Origin: an uncultured Candidatus Binatia bacterium
GTDB lineage: Bacteria; Desulfobacterota; Binatia; UBA9968; JAJDTQ01
Length of the DNA: 64,000 nt
Reading direction: 5' to 3'
NCBI GenBank assembly: GCA_965242525.1
Contig: OZ251459.1
Span: 256,001-320,000 of the forward strand
Both the position numbers and the translations under genes were made by a program. This document shows positions 1 to 9,955 of this stretch, piece after piece. The stretch's first letter is position 1; every line of letters starts with the position of its first letter. The notes under the pieces are model-generated. The model saw only the letters and a program-made list of their open reading frames with translations, searched no databases and was not told where the DNA came from.

Positions 1-1
1 G

Positions 2-2113
2 GCCGCATATACCCGCGACGACGTGGTGGGGGGGACCGGCATCGAGCCCTACTACGGGCCGGTGTTCAAGGACCAGACCATCGTGGCGGTGGACAAGGTC
101 CGCCACGTGGGGGACCCGGTGGCCGCGGTGGCGGCGGAGACCCGTGAGGCCGCGGAAGAGGCGGCGAGCCGGATCGTGGTGGAGTACGAGGACCTGCCCC
201 CGGTCATGGACGTGCGCGATTCGGTGCAGGAAGACGCCATGCTGGTGCACGAGACCGTGCGCATTCCGGAGCACGGCTTCGCCGACCTTGCGGAGCTCGA
301 GCCCATCGAAGGCACCAACGTGTGCACGCACTTCAAGCTGCGCAAGGGGGACATCGAGCAGGGTTTCGCCGAGTGCGCCCGCGTCTTCGAGGACACCTTC
401 GTCCTGCCCACCACCCAGCACGTGGCGCTGGAGCCCCACGGCTGCGTCGCGGCGTTCCAGCCCGACGGGCGCCTCCACCTCTGGTCCACCACCCAGAACC
501 CGTTCGTGGTGCGCACCCAGCTCTCCAACATATTCAAGCTGCCGGTGTCGAAGATCCGCATCGTCGTGCCGTACCTCGGAGGCGGCTACGGCAGCAAGGT
601 CTATCCCAAGGTCGAGCCCCTGACGGTAGCCCTCGCCCGCAAGGCCAAGCGTCCCGTGCGCCTCCTGCTGAGCCGGGAGGAAGTGTTCTACACCGTCACC
701 AAGCACGCCGCGGTGATCCGCATGAAGACCGGGGTCAAGGCCGACGGCGCGTTCCATGCGCGGGAGGCGGAGGTGCTGCTCGACACCGGCGCGTTCGCGG
801 AGATCGGACCCCGGGTGGCCAAGAAGTCGGCCTACACCGCGGCCGGGCCCTACAAGTTCCGCCACGTGAAGATCGACGCCAAGTCCGTCTATACCAACAA
901 GCCGCCGGCGGGCGCGTTCCGCGGCTTCGGCGTGTCCCAGTCGGCTTGGGCCAGCGAGTCCCAGACGGACATCATCGCCCGGGCCCTCGACCGGGACCCC
1001 TTCGAGCTGCGCATGCAGAACATCTACGACGAGGGCGACGAGTTCGTCACCGGCGAGAAGCTCTGGAGCATCGGGGTCAAGGAGTGCCTGGAAAAGGTGG
1101 CCGAGGAAATGGCGTGGGGGAAGCCCGCGGCCGCGCCCGGGGACCCCGCCAAGGCGCGCGGCAAGGGGCTCGCGTGCCTCATCAAGGCCACCATCACGCC
1201 GTCCATCTCCTGCGCCGCGGTCAAGCTCAACGAGGACGGGAGCGTGAACGTGTTCACGAGCACGGTGGAGATGGGCCAGGGCTCGGACACGGCCATGGCC
1301 GCCATCGTCGCCGACACCCTGGGCATCGGCCTGGACCAGGTGTCGGTGCTGGGCGTGGACACGGACGTGGCGCCCTACGACCTCACCACTTCGTCGAGCC
1401 GTTCCACGTTCCACATGGGCAAGGCGTTGCAGCTCGCCTCCCTGGACCTGTGCGAGCAGCTCCGCAGGTTCGTGGCCGAGGAGTACGGCGTGCCGCTGGA
1501 GGAGACGCGCGCCGAGGGCGGCAAGGTGCTGTTCCGGGAGAACGCCCTGGACTTCCGGGAGGTCCTGTTCAGCCATTTCGGCATGCAGGGGGGCACGCTG
1601 GTGGGCCGCGGCGAGGTGAAGACGAGCCTGCGGGACCCGGAGACGGGGGACAAGACCACGTCCTCGTTCTGGTTCGTGGGCGCCGGCGGCAGCGAGGTGG
1701 AGGTCGAGCGGGACACCGGCCGGCTGCGGGTCCTGAAGCACGCCACCGCGGTGGACGTGGGCCGGGTGATCACGCCCCTGGGCTGCCGGCAGCAGCTCGT
1801 GGGCGGCGCGGTCACGGGGCTCGGCCAGGCGCTGTTCGAGCAGATGGTGTTCGACGACGGCGTGCTGGTGAACCCCAACCTGGTGGACTACGTGTTGCCG
1901 GCCCTGGGGGACATGCCCGACGTGGTCACCCCCATCGCGGTGGAGGCGCCGCACAAGAACGGGCCGTTCGGCGCCAAGGGAATCGGCGAGACCTCGCTCA
2001 TTCCGGTGGCGCCGTCCATCGCCAACGCGGTGGACGCCGCGGTGGGCGTGCGGGTCAAGGACTTGCCCGTGACCCCGGAGAAGATCTTCCTGGGGATGCT
2101 CGACAAGTCGTAG
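2..2113 (+). CDS. Xanthine dehydrogenase/aldehyde oxidase family molybdopterin-binding (large) subunit, 5'-truncated by the window edge
   Basis: Motifs DKVRHVGDPVAAV, LEPHG, GGGYGSK, AGAFRGFG, EMGQG and GAKGIGE. The frame is open back to position 2. Confidence 0.92.
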   Translation, partial: AAYTRDDVVGGTGIEPYYGPVFKDQTIVAVDKVRHVGDPVAAVAAETREAAEEAASRIVVEYEDLPPVMDVRDSVQEDAMLVHETVRIPEHGFADLAELEPIEGTNVCTHFKLRKGDIEQGFAECARVFEDTFVLPTTQHVALEPHGCVAAFQPDGRLHLWSTTQNPFVVRTQLSNIFKLPVSKIRIVVPYLGGGYGSKVYPKVEPLTVALARKAKRPVRLLLSREEVFYTVTKHAAVIRMKTGVKADGAFHAREAEVLLDTGAFAEIGPRVAKKSAYTAAGPYKFRHVKIDAKSVYTNKPPAGAFRGFGVSQSAWASESQTDIIARALDRDPFELRMQNIYDEGDEFVTGEKLWSIGVKECLEKVAEEMAWGKPAAAPGDPAKARGKGLACLIKATITPSISCAAVKLNEDGSVNVFTSTVEMGQGSDTAMAAIVADTLGIGLDQVSVLGVDTDVAPYDLTTSSSRSTFHMGKALQLASLDLCEQLRRFVAEEYGVPLEETRAEGGKVLFRENALDFREVLFSHFGMQGGTLVGRGEVKTSLRDPETGDKTTSSFWFVGAGGSEVEVERDTGRLRVLKHATAVDVGRVITPLGCRQQLVGGAVTGLGQALFEQMVFDDGVLVNPNLVDYVLPALGDMPDVVTPIAVEAPHKNGPFGAKGIGETSLIPVAPSIANAVDAAVGVRVKDLPVTPEKIFLGMLDKS

Positions 2114-2220
2114 CAAGGATGCGCAGCAAGGATGTTTCGATGCCGTCTTCCGGGCCTGCCGGGAGCCGGCCTGGGCAGCGGACCTGCTGACGACTCTCAG
2201 CGGGGCAAGGAGGGAGAACC

Positions 2221-2991
2221 ATGAAGCTCGAAGGCCGTGTGGCGATCATCACCGGAGCGGGACGGAACATCGGCGAGGAGGCGGCCAGGCTCTTCGCATC
2301 GGAAGGCGCCAAGGTCTGCGTCGTGGACATGGATCCGGGACGCGGCGAGAAGGTCGTGAACGACCTGAAGGGCGGGGGGCGCGAGGCCATCTACGCCAAG
2401 TGCGACGTCTCCAACGCACAGGAGGTGCAGGCCATGGTCCGGGCCACGGTGGAGGCCTTCGGCGGCATCGACATCCTGGTCAACAACGCCGCCATCACGG
2501 ACCACGAGACCATATTCAGCATCTCGGAGGAGGAGTGGGACAAGGTCATCGACGTGACCCTCAAGGGACCGTTCCTGGTGGGCCGCTACGTGGCCGAGCA
2601 GATGGTCGAGCAGGGCCGGGGCGGGGTCATCGTCAACGTGGCCTCCACCTCGGGCCTCTCCGGCCGCACCGACGCCATCGCCTACATGGCGGCCAAGGGC
2701 GGGGTGGTGAACCTGTCCCGGGGCATGGCGGTGCAGCTCTCCCGGTACAACATCCGGGTCAACTGCCTGACCCCCAACCGCTCGGGCTCCCCCGTGGGAC
2801 AGGACGAAGGCGCCGAGGGGCGCGAGTTCAAGAACCTGGCGGGGCGGCTGGGGACCGCGCAGGACCAGGCCCGGGCCATGCTGTTCCTGGCCAGCGACGA
2901 TTCGGGCTTCGTGTGGGGCGCCAACCTCATCTGCGACGGGGGCGTCACCGCGGCTTCGAACTTTCCCAAGGACCGGATGCCGGCCAACTGA
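2221..2991 (+). CDS. SDR family NAD(P)-dependent oxidoreductase
   Basis: TGAGRNIG, NNAA and YxxxK (YMAAK) motifs; RBS GGAGGGAG upstream. Confidence 0.93.
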   Translation: MKLEGRVAIITGAGRNIGEEAARLFASEGAKVCVVDMDPGRGEKVVNDLKGGGREAIYAKCDVSNAQEVQAMVRATVEAFGGIDILVNNAAITDHETIFSISEEEWDKVIDVTLKGPFLVGRYVAEQMVEQGRGGVIVNVASTSGLSGRTDAIAYMAAKGGVVNLSRGMAVQLSRYNIRVNCLTPNRSGSPVGQDEGAEGREFKNLAGRLGTAQDQARAMLFLASDDSGFVWGANLICDGGVTAASNFPKDRMPAN

Positions 2992-3101
2992 ACGGATCAC
3001 CCGGTCGGGTCCCGGCGCTCGGCGGGCCGCGAGCGGCGGTCGGCGCAGGGGCGGGCTTCGAACCCGCCCGCGCGGGCGCGGGTCCTTGGCGGCGAATGCC
3101 C

Positions 3102-3131
3102 TTGACATCCGTTCGCGGGTTCGATTAGTGT
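3102..3131 (+). promoter_or_regulatory. Putative sigma70 promoter of the TRAP operon
   Basis: TTGACA (3102-3107), 18 nt spacer, TAGTGT (3126-3131). Confidence 0.5.
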
Positions 3132-3247
3132 CCGGTCTTCATACGTCTTCCACCTCCGGGTCGGCGCGGGCGCCGGACCGGGACCATGTTGGGGCCGTGG
3201 CGCGCGGCGTCAGGGCAAAGGCAACTCACAATGAGAAAGGGGAGAGC

Positions 3248-4279
3248 ATGAAGGCATTATCGAGGACGTTGGCGGTCTTCCTGACGACGGGCTTGCTGTG
3301 GGCCGCGGGAGCGGCGGTCCCGAACGACGCGCAAGCGAAGATCATCCTCAAGGTGGCGACCCAGTCCGCGCGCCCCGGAACGCCGCGGGCGGACTATATC
3401 GTGCACTTCAAGGAGGGGGTGGCCAAGAGGACCAACGGCGAGATCGAGGTCCAGATCTTCTGGGCCAACTCGCTGGTGCACGCCAAGGAGGCCCTGGAGG
3501 CCGTGCAGTTGGGTACGTCCGACATGGCCGACCTGGCCCTCGGGTATTTCTCCGACAAGATCAAGCTGCTCCAGGTGGCGGGGCTGCCCTTCTCCGTGAG
3601 CGATCCGGTGGAGGCGCGGAACGGCGGACTGCGGGTGCTCAGGGAGGTCCCGGAGGCGCTGGCGGAGATCACCAAGTTCGGCCACGTGGTGGTGGGCATG
3701 ACCTCCACCGCGGACTACCAGCTCGTGGCCCACGACCCCATCCGGAACTTGGCGGACCTCCAGGGCAAGAAGGTGGGCACCTTCGGCCGCATCGCGCCCA
3801 AGGCCATCCAGGCGTCGGGAGCGATCCCGGTGAGCACCACCGGCGGCGAGATGTACGAGGCGCTCCAGCGCAAGACCATCGACGCGCGCATCCTCTCCTT
3901 CGAGGCCGCCCAGCGGTTCAAGACCTACGAAGTGGCCAAGTACATGAGCACCATCCGGTTGGGGGCCATCGCGGGCATCAACACGTTCACCATCAACAAG
4001 AGGAAGTGGGACTCCCTGTCCAAGGAGCACCAGAATATCCTCCTGGAGGAAGGCGAGCGGGTGGGCAAGTGGGAAGCCCAGGCCATGAAGGACGACGACC
4101 TCAAGTTCCAGGAGTACCTGAAGGGCAAGGGCGTGGAGATCGTCGAGTTCTCGGACTCCGACCGGGAGAAGTGGAAGAACACCCCGGGCGTCAAGAAGAT
4201 CGCCTCGGATTGGGTGGCGAGCGTGGAGAAGGCGGGTCTGCCCGGCAAGAAGGCCCTTTCGGTCTTCCTGGACCGGTAG
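3248..4279 (+). CDS. dctP: TRAP transporter substrate-binding protein (DctP family)
   Basis: Signal peptide MKALSRTLAVF...AQAK; motifs RTNGEIEVQIF, EMYEALQRKTID and INKRKWDSLS; precedes dctQ and dctM. Confidence 0.9.
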   Translation: MKALSRTLAVFLTTGLLWAAGAAVPNDAQAKIILKVATQSARPGTPRADYIVHFKEGVAKRTNGEIEVQIFWANSLVHAKEALEAVQLGTSDMADLALGYFSDKIKLLQVAGLPFSVSDPVEARNGGLRVLREVPEALAEITKFGHVVVGMTSTADYQLVAHDPIRNLADLQGKKVGTFGRIAPKAIQASGAIPVSTTGGEMYEALQRKTIDARILSFEAAQRFKTYEVAKYMSTIRLGAIAGINTFTINKRKWDSLSKEHQNILLEEGERVGKWEAQAMKDDDLKFQEYLKGKGVEIVEFSDSDREKWKNTPGVKKIASDWVASVEKAGLPGKKALSVFLDR

Positions 4280-4319
4280 CTTGGCCGATGAGCGGGGCAG
4301 GACCCTTCCGGGCAAGCGC

Positions 4320-4357
4320 GCAAGGGACGGGGGCGGCCGGCCGCCCCTGCCTCTTGC
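4320..4357. repeat. Intergenic hairpin between dctP and dctQ
   Basis: Perfect 18-bp palindrome GGGGCGGCCGGCCGCCCC (4330-4347) with outer GCAAGGG/CTCTTGC pairing. Confidence 0.6.
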
Positions 4358-4379
4358 GAACCGCGCGGGATAGTCCGTC

Positions 4380-4928
4380 TTGAACCAGTCCAACCACAGC
4401 CTCGAATCCGGGGTGCGCACGGAAGCGGCTCCGCCGCCGGTGGACCGCTCCCCGGTCACCTGGGTGCTGACTCGTCTGAACGAAGTGAGCGGCTACGTCC
4501 TCTTCTTCATGATGCTGCTCATCACCACCGACGTGGCCGGGCGCTACCTGTTCTCGAGCCCCATCCCCGGGACCCTCGAGTTCACCGAGTTCCTCATCGT
4601 CTTCGTGGTCTTCTTCAGCATGGCCTACGTCCAGCTCACCAAGCGGCACATTTGCGTGGAGTTGTTGACGCAGCGGCTGCCGCGAAGGGCGGCGGACGGA
4701 CTGGCGGTGGTGGTCCTCCTGATCGCCGCGTTGTTCTTCGCGCTCATGTGCTGGCAGGCGTGGTTCTCGGGGCTTTCCGCCCTGGAGTACCGCGAGGCGT
4801 CCGACGGCCTGGTGCAGATACCGGTCTATCCCCCGAAGCTGGCCATTCCCTTCGGCGCCGCGCTCATCGCCCTCCAGATGGTGAGGGACGCCTGGAAGCG
4901 CTTTCGGAGTCTCCTGACCCCCGGGTAG
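4380..4928 (+). CDS. dctQ: TRAP transporter small permease
   Basis: About 4 TM helices; motifs DVAGRYLFSSPIPG and HICVE; lies between dctP and dctM. Confidence 0.88.
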   Translation: MNQSNHSLESGVRTEAAPPPVDRSPVTWVLTRLNEVSGYVLFFMMLLITTDVAGRYLFSSPIPGTLEFTEFLIVFVVFFSMAYVQLTKRHICVELLTQRLPRRAADGLAVVVLLIAALFFALMCWQAWFSGLSALEYREASDGLVQIPVYPPKLAIPFGAALIALQMVRDAWKRFRSLLTPG

Positions 4929-4934
4929 GCGTAC

Positions 4935-6245
4935 ATGGATCCGACTTTCCTTGCGCTCCTCAGCGTCGCGTTCCTGATCGTCCTGCTCCTGTGCGGGCTC
5001 CACGTGGCCGTGTCCCTGGGCCTGGTGGGGGTCGTGGGCTTCGCCATGCTCACCGACTGGGGCGCGGGCCTGGGCCTGCTGCGGACCACGCCCTACAAGG
5101 TGGTGGCCAACTTCACGTTCTTCGCCATCCCGGTCTTCATACTGATGGGCCAGTTCGCCAACTACGGGGGTCTCAGCGCGGACATCTACTCGGTGGTGCA
5201 CAAGTGGCTGGGGCGGGTCAGGGGCGGGCTTGCCATGGCCACCACCGCGAGCTGCGCCAGCTTTGCCGCGGCCTGCGGCTCCAGCGTGGCCACCGCGGCC
5301 ACGTTCACCCAGGTGGCGTTGCCGGAAATGGTGAAGTACGGCTACGACAAGCGGCTCGCCACCGGCGCCATCGCCGCTTCCGGGACCCTGGGCGCGCTGA
5401 TCCCTCCCAGCGGCCTCATGATCATCTACGGCATCATCACCGAGCAATCCATCGGCAAGCTGCTGATCGCCGGCTTCATCCCCGGGATACTCTCGGCGTT
5501 CATCTACATGGGCATGATCTCCTGCTGGGTCAGGCTCCGGCCCGAGATGGCGCCGATCATCGAGGAAAGGCCGCCGTGGAGGGAGAAGTTCCTCTCCCTC
5601 TACCGGGTATGGGGCATCGCCACCCTCTCGGTCATCGTCATGGGCGCCATCTACCTGGGGGTCGCCACGCCCACGGAGGCCGGGGCCTTCGGTGCCTTCG
5701 GCGCGTTCGTCATCATGATCCTCAAGGGGAACTTCTCGGGCCGGAAGCTGCGGGACACGGTGCTGGACACCGCCACCTCCACCACCATGCTCTTCACCAT
5801 CATCATCGGCGCCTACATCTTCAGCCGGTTCCTGGCCGTCACCAACGTGGGGCCCCAGTTGGCGGACTACCTGGTCGGCTCGGGCATGCCCCGGCACCTG
5901 ATCCTGGCCGGGTTCCTGCTGCTCTACGTGTTCCTGGGCATGTTCATGGACCCGGCCGCCATGATGGCCATCACCCTGCCCATCGTCTTCCCCATCGTCG
6001 TGGAGATGGGTTTCAGCGGCATCTGGTTCGGCGTGCTGGTGATCAAGACCTCGGAGATCGGCCTCATCACCCCGCCGGTGGGAATGAACGTCTATACGGT
6101 GAACGCCGCGGCCCACGGCATGGTGCGCCTGGAGGAGATCTTCAAGGGCATCCTGCCGTTCTTCCTCATGGACGTCCTCACCCTGGTCCTCCTGGTGGCC
6201 TTCCCCCAGATCTCCCTCTGGTTGCCGGACCGCATGTTGGGGTAG
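4935..6245 (+). CDS. dctM: TRAP transporter large permease
   Basis: Motifs AIPVFILMG, GSSVATAA, GTLGALIPPS, TPTEAGA and GLITPPVGMN. Confidence 0.95.
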   Translation: MDPTFLALLSVAFLIVLLLCGLHVAVSLGLVGVVGFAMLTDWGAGLGLLRTTPYKVVANFTFFAIPVFILMGQFANYGGLSADIYSVVHKWLGRVRGGLAMATTASCASFAAACGSSVATAATFTQVALPEMVKYGYDKRLATGAIAASGTLGALIPPSGLMIIYGIITEQSIGKLLIAGFIPGILSAFIYMGMISCWVRLRPEMAPIIEERPPWREKFLSLYRVWGIATLSVIVMGAIYLGVATPTEAGAFGAFGAFVIMILKGNFSGRKLRDTVLDTATSTTMLFTIIIGAYIFSRFLAVTNVGPQLADYLVGSGMPRHLILAGFLLLYVFLGMFMDPAAMMAITLPIVFPIVVEMGFSGIWFGVLVIKTSEIGLITPPVGMNVYTVNAAAHGMVRLEEIFKGILPFFLMDVLTLVLLVAFPQISLWLPDRMLG

Positions 6246-6304
6246 GAGGCCGGTCGGAACAGGCGGACACGGGGACCAGGCTCCGGACCGTCGCGGCGCC
6301 CCTG

Positions 6305-6340
6305 TCCCCGTTCGTCCCGAGCGTAGCGAAGTCGAAGGAC
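6305..6340 (+). repeat. CGTC-type REP-like repeat, core copy (family A)
   Basis: TCCCCGTTCGTCCCGAGCGTAGCGAAGTCGAAGGAC matches the copies at 12848, 20312 and 42861 but lacks one GCGAA unit. Confidence 0.85.
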
Positions 6341-6348
6341 GAGCTCTT

Positions 6349-7062
6349 TCATGGGCGCGCTGCGAACGCGGCGTGTTCCGGGGTTCCGAGGCCGGCTTGC
6401 AGGGTCGCCAGCACGCCGGCGACGTCGCCGGCCAGCAGGGGCTCCACCGCCAGGCGGAGGCCGGGGAAGTGGGGGCTGTGGAGCACGCCGTGGGCGTCCG
6501 GGGCCAGGGGCCGGTACTCGTCGTCGGTGAGCACGAACCAGTCCACCGCCCGGTCGTGGACCCGCCAGACCACGTATTCGAGCACCCCGTTGCGCCGATA
6601 GACCCGGAGCTTGTCGTGCAGGTCGTAGGCGGCGCTGCTGGCCGCCACCTCGACGACCAGCTCCGGCGGCCCCTCCACGTAGTCGTCTTCGCTCAGGCGC
6701 GACTGGCCGCCCGCTTCGGACTCCATGCGCAACAGGACGTCGGGCTGGGGCTCGTTGTCCCGGTCCAGCCGCACGGTGGCGTCGGCGAGCATCGAAACGC
6801 CCGGCGTGGAGGCGTCGTAGATTCCGAGCCAAGTCGTCATGACCCCGACCGGTCCGGCGTGTCCCCTGGCGCGCACGGGTGACGGCATATAAACCATTCC
6901 CTCGATCAACTCGGCCTTGCGGATGTCCGGCCTGGCCGTGTAGCGCCGTTCGAACTCGCACCGGGTGAGCCGGTCGCCGTTCTCCAACAGCGCGAAGCCA
7001 TCGAGCGACGGCGCGGCCGCCTCGGGGTCGGACGGTCCGGTTGTTGCCTGACGCGCGGTCAT
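6349..7062 (-). CDS. Uma2 family (DUF820) PD-(D/E)xK putative endonuclease
   Basis: Motifs LENGDRLTRCEF, AELIEG, EPQPD, PELVVEVAASS, KLRVYRRNGVLEY and FPGLRL. Confidence 0.92.
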   Translation of the reverse strand: MTARQATTGPSDPEAAAPSLDGFALLENGDRLTRCEFERRYTARPDIRKAELIEGMVYMPSPVRARGHAGPVGVMTTWLGIYDASTPGVSMLADATVRLDRDNEPQPDVLLRMESEAGGQSRLSEDDYVEGPPELVVEVAASSAAYDLHDKLRVYRRNGVLEYVVWRVHDRAVDWFVLTDDEYRPLAPDAHGVLHSPHFPGLRLAVEPLLAGDVAGVLATLQAGLGTPEHAAFAARP

Positions 7063-7211
7063 GGGGAAACTCTACAGGGAAACGGCTTTCGAGGGCAAGC
7101 CGCGCGCCGTCCGGCGGACGTCCTTCCGACGCGCCCCGGCAGTCTTGCCTTTTGCAGGCGCTTCAGGATTTCGTGTGGGTAAAGCAGGAGGGAAAGGGGA
7201 GCGTTTTTTCT

Positions 7212-7264
7212 CTGGATTCCCGCTTTCGCGGGAATGACGGGGGTGTGCGTCTGCGGGAATGACG
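7212..7264. repeat. dRS3/CGTC-type palindrome plus adjacent half copy (family B)
   Basis: ATTCCC-N8-GGGAAT at 7216-7235 within CTGGATTCCCGCTTTCGCGGGAATGACG; a second GCGGGAATGACG ends at 7264. Confidence 0.8.
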
Positions 7265-7319
7265 AGGCGGGCGTCGCGGAGATGCCGGCGTGGGCGTCTT
7301 CGAGTGATCCGGTCCGCGT

Positions 7320-8090
7320 TCAGCGGACCGTCCGGTTGTTCTCGATGATGTCGAGCACCTGGTCTTCGAGTTCGGCCAGTTCCGCACGGGTGGCGTTGGT
7401 GGGGGTCTCCATGTCCGCGAGGACCTTTCCGGGCTTGCCGAGGATGACCAGCCGCGAGCCGATCTCCAGCGCCTCGTGGATGTTGTGGGTGATGAGCAGG
7501 CAGGTCTTGCGGCTTTCGGTGACGAGATCCAGGAAGATCTCCCGCAACCGTCGGGCGGTGGACTGGTCCAGGTGTCCGAACGCCTCGTCGGCAAAGAAGA
7601 TCTCCGGCGACAGGCAGAAGGCCCGGGCCATGCCCACCCGTTGGCGCATGCCCCCCGACAGTTCGTGGGGGTAGGCGTCCTCGAAGCCCTGGAGCTCCAG
7701 CTTGTGCAGCCAGTGCCGGGCCACTTCGTTCTGCTCCCTGTCCCCGTAGCCGAGGATCTCCAGGCCGACCCGGGCGTTCTCCAGGGCGGTGCGCCAGGGC
7801 AGCAGGCGGTCGGTCTGGAAGATGACCCCCAGCTTCGACCGGAAGAAGTCGAACTCCCGGTAGGGGTCGTGCCCCAGCAGCGTCACCGATCCGGAAGTGG
7901 GCGGGTCGAGCCCCAGGAGCAGGTTGAAGGTGGTGGACTTGCCGCACCCGGTCTTGCCCACGATGGCCACGATGTCCCCGCTGCCCACGTCCAGGTCCAG
8001 GCCGTCCACCGCGGTGAAGCGGTCGCCGTCCACGGAGGTGAAGACCATGCGCACGTCCTGCATCCGGATGACGGGGTCCGCGGCGCTCAC
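7320..8090 (-). CDS. NitT/TauT-family ABC transporter ATP-binding protein
   Basis: Walker A GKTGCGKST, signature LSGGMRQR, DEAFGHLD and ITHN; GTG start overlaps the permease stop. Confidence 0.92.
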   Translation of the reverse strand: MSAADPVIRMQDVRMVFTSVDGDRFTAVDGLDLDVGSGDIVAIVGKTGCGKSTTFNLLLGLDPPTSGSVTLLGHDPYREFDFFRSKLGVIFQTDRLLPWRTALENARVGLEILGYGDREQNEVARHWLHKLELQGFEDAYPHELSGGMRQRVGMARAFCLSPEIFFADEAFGHLDQSTARRLREIFLDLVTESRKTCLLITHNIHEALEIGSRLVILGKPGKVLADMETPTNATRAELAELEDQVLDIIENNRTVR

Positions 8091-8932
8091 GTGGCCATCC
8101 CTCCCTGTTTCGCCGGACGCCAGCGCAACAGCTTGTGCTCCAGCATGAGGATCACCAACTGCGTGATCAGCAGGAAGGTGACCAGCACCAGGGTCCAGGC
8201 GATGGCCTTGGGCATCTCGAAGAGCTCCTGGGCGAGCAGGAGCTTGTTGCCCACGCCGCGGGTGGTCCCCACCAGTTCGGCCACGATGACCACGCGCGCG
8301 GCCAGCCCCAGGTTCACCTTCCAGGCGGTGAGCACCGCGGGGACCATCCCCGGCAGCACCAGCTTGGTGAGGAGCTGGTTCCTGGTGGGCCGCATGGCCC
8401 GCAGCATGTCCAGGTATTCCTTGGAGATGCTCTTGATGCCGTCGTGGATGATGAGGGCGTAGTTGGGCAGGCAGCCGGCCAGCAGGATGAAGGCGATGCG
8501 GGTCTCCACGTGGCTGAACCAGATGATGGCGAAGACCACCCACGAGAGGGCGGGTATGCCCATGATGAAGTGGAGCACCGGCAGCGTGTATTTCTCCACC
8601 TTCTGCGTGAGGCCCATGAAGACGCCCAGGACGGCGCCGCTGACGAAGGCCAGGACCAGCCCCAGGAAGATCCTCCCCACGGTGGTGAAGGCGTCCCCCA
8701 GCAGGGAGAAGCTCGTCACGATCTCGACGAACGCGGCGATGATGACGGTGACGCCGGGGACCAGGTACGGAGGCAGGAAGAAGGCCAGGGTCTGCCACCC
8801 CGCCAGGATCACCAGGAAGGAGATGATCGGCTCCTTCCTGGCGGAGAGGACCGCCCCCGCGCGGGAACGCCACGCGCGGGCCGGCGGCGGCCCCCCGGTC
8901 CGGGCGGCTTCGGTCTCCATGCTATCGGACAC
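8087..8932 (-). CDS. NitT/TauT-family ABC transporter permease (start may be ATG 8920)
   Basis: SsuC/TauC-like hydrophobic protein; motifs IPALSW and VAELVG. Confidence 0.9.
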   Translation of the reverse strand: MSDSMETEAARTGGPPPARAWRSRAGAVLSARKEPIISFLVILAGWQTLAFFLPPYLVPGVTVIIAAFVEIVTSFSLLGDAFTTVGRIFLGLVLAFVSGAVLGVFMGLTQKVEKYTLPVLHFIMGIPALSWVVFAIIWFSHVETRIAFILLAGCLPNYALIIHDGIKSISKEYLDMLRAMRPTRNQLLTKLVLPGMVPAVLTAWKVNLGLAARVVIVAELVGTTRGVGNKLLLAQELFEMPKAIAWTLVLVTFLLITQLVILMLEHKLLRWRPAKQGGMAT

Positions 8933-9887
8933 GGCCCTTGTAGATGATGCCGTCGTCCGGCATCTCCTTCATGTAGCCGCTCTCGATGCCGGCCCGGAAC
9001 AGCGCCTCGATGTTCTCCTCGATCTCCGCCGCGGGAACCACGTCCAGGGGATAGCGGGCCGCCTTGAGGGCCATCAGGAACGCCTGCCTGGGTACGCCGG
9101 CCGCCTTCTCGATGATGGTGGCGGCCTCTTCATGGTGGGTCGGCAGCCACGTGGAGAGCTCGGCGAAGGCCGCGTAGATCTTCGGGATCAGGTCCTCGTT
9201 GGCGTTGATCCAGTCCTCGTGCGCCGCGACTCCCAGGAAGCCCCGCTGGGGCGCTCCGTGTATGGCCTCCCACTGGTGGAAGTACTCGATCATCTTGAAC
9301 CGTCCGGGGTTGTCCACCAGCAGCTTGGAATAGTTGGGCTCCCAGAAGTGCACGGCGTCGGCCCGCTTGGCCATCAGGTAGGTGGCCAAGCCGGGCACGT
9401 TGGTGGACTGCACCGCGACCTTGTCCAGGTCCACGCCGGCCTTGTGGGCGAAGTAGCGGAACATGGCGTAGTTGGTGGTGACCGTGAACGCCGCCAGGGT
9501 CTTCCCCTCCAGGTCGTTCAGGCTGTTCACGTCAGGGCTGGAGGTCAGCAACGCCCCGTGGCCGTTCAGCACGTTGAAGAGATAGACCGACTTGACTCCC
9601 TTGAGCCTGCGGTTGGCTTCCGACAGCAGCGCCGAGGCGATGGTGACCTTGTCCCTGCCGGTGGCGAAGTCCGTGTTGGCCGCTCGGCCGGGCTTGAACA
9701 CCCAGTCGATCTCGATGCCGTGCTTCTTGTCGAACCCGTTGGCCGCGATCAGCGAAGCCGTGGTATGGCCGAACGACGGCTTGTCGAAGGATGATATCTG
9801 CACCCGGGTCAGTCCCTGCGCCAGCACCGGCGTCGCTCCCGCCCAGGTCACCGCCGCGATCAGGAAGCCCACTTTGAGTCGCATCAT
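8922..9887 (-). CDS. NitT/TauT (SsuA/THI5-like) ABC substrate-binding protein
   Basis: Signal peptide; motifs GFDKKHGIEI, DLEGKTLA and ADAVHFWEP; RBS GGAGGA. Confidence 0.87.
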   Translation of the reverse strand: MMRLKVGFLIAAVTWAGATPVLAQGLTRVQISSFDKPSFGHTTASLIAANGFDKKHGIEIDWVFKPGRAANTDFATGRDKVTIASALLSEANRRLKGVKSVYLFNVLNGHGALLTSSPDVNSLNDLEGKTLAAFTVTTNYAMFRYFAHKAGVDLDKVAVQSTNVPGLATYLMAKRADAVHFWEPNYSKLLVDNPGRFKMIEYFHQWEAIHGAPQRGFLGVAAHEDWINANEDLIPKIYAAFAELSTWLPTHHEEAATIIEKAAGVPRQAFLMALKAARYPLDVVPAAEIEENIEALFRAGIESGYMKEMPDDGIIYKGRVR

Positions 9888-9955
9888 GGCTCGTCCTCCT
9901 TGCTCGTGTTCTCGAAGGGTCCGAGGCTCCACCGTCGGGACACCGGAACCCAGGA

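Noticed and set aside
7041-7262. 73-aa plus-strand ORF ending LDSRFRGND
   Set aside because: That peptide is just the translation of the dRS3-like palindrome, and the ORF has no RBS or family motifs.
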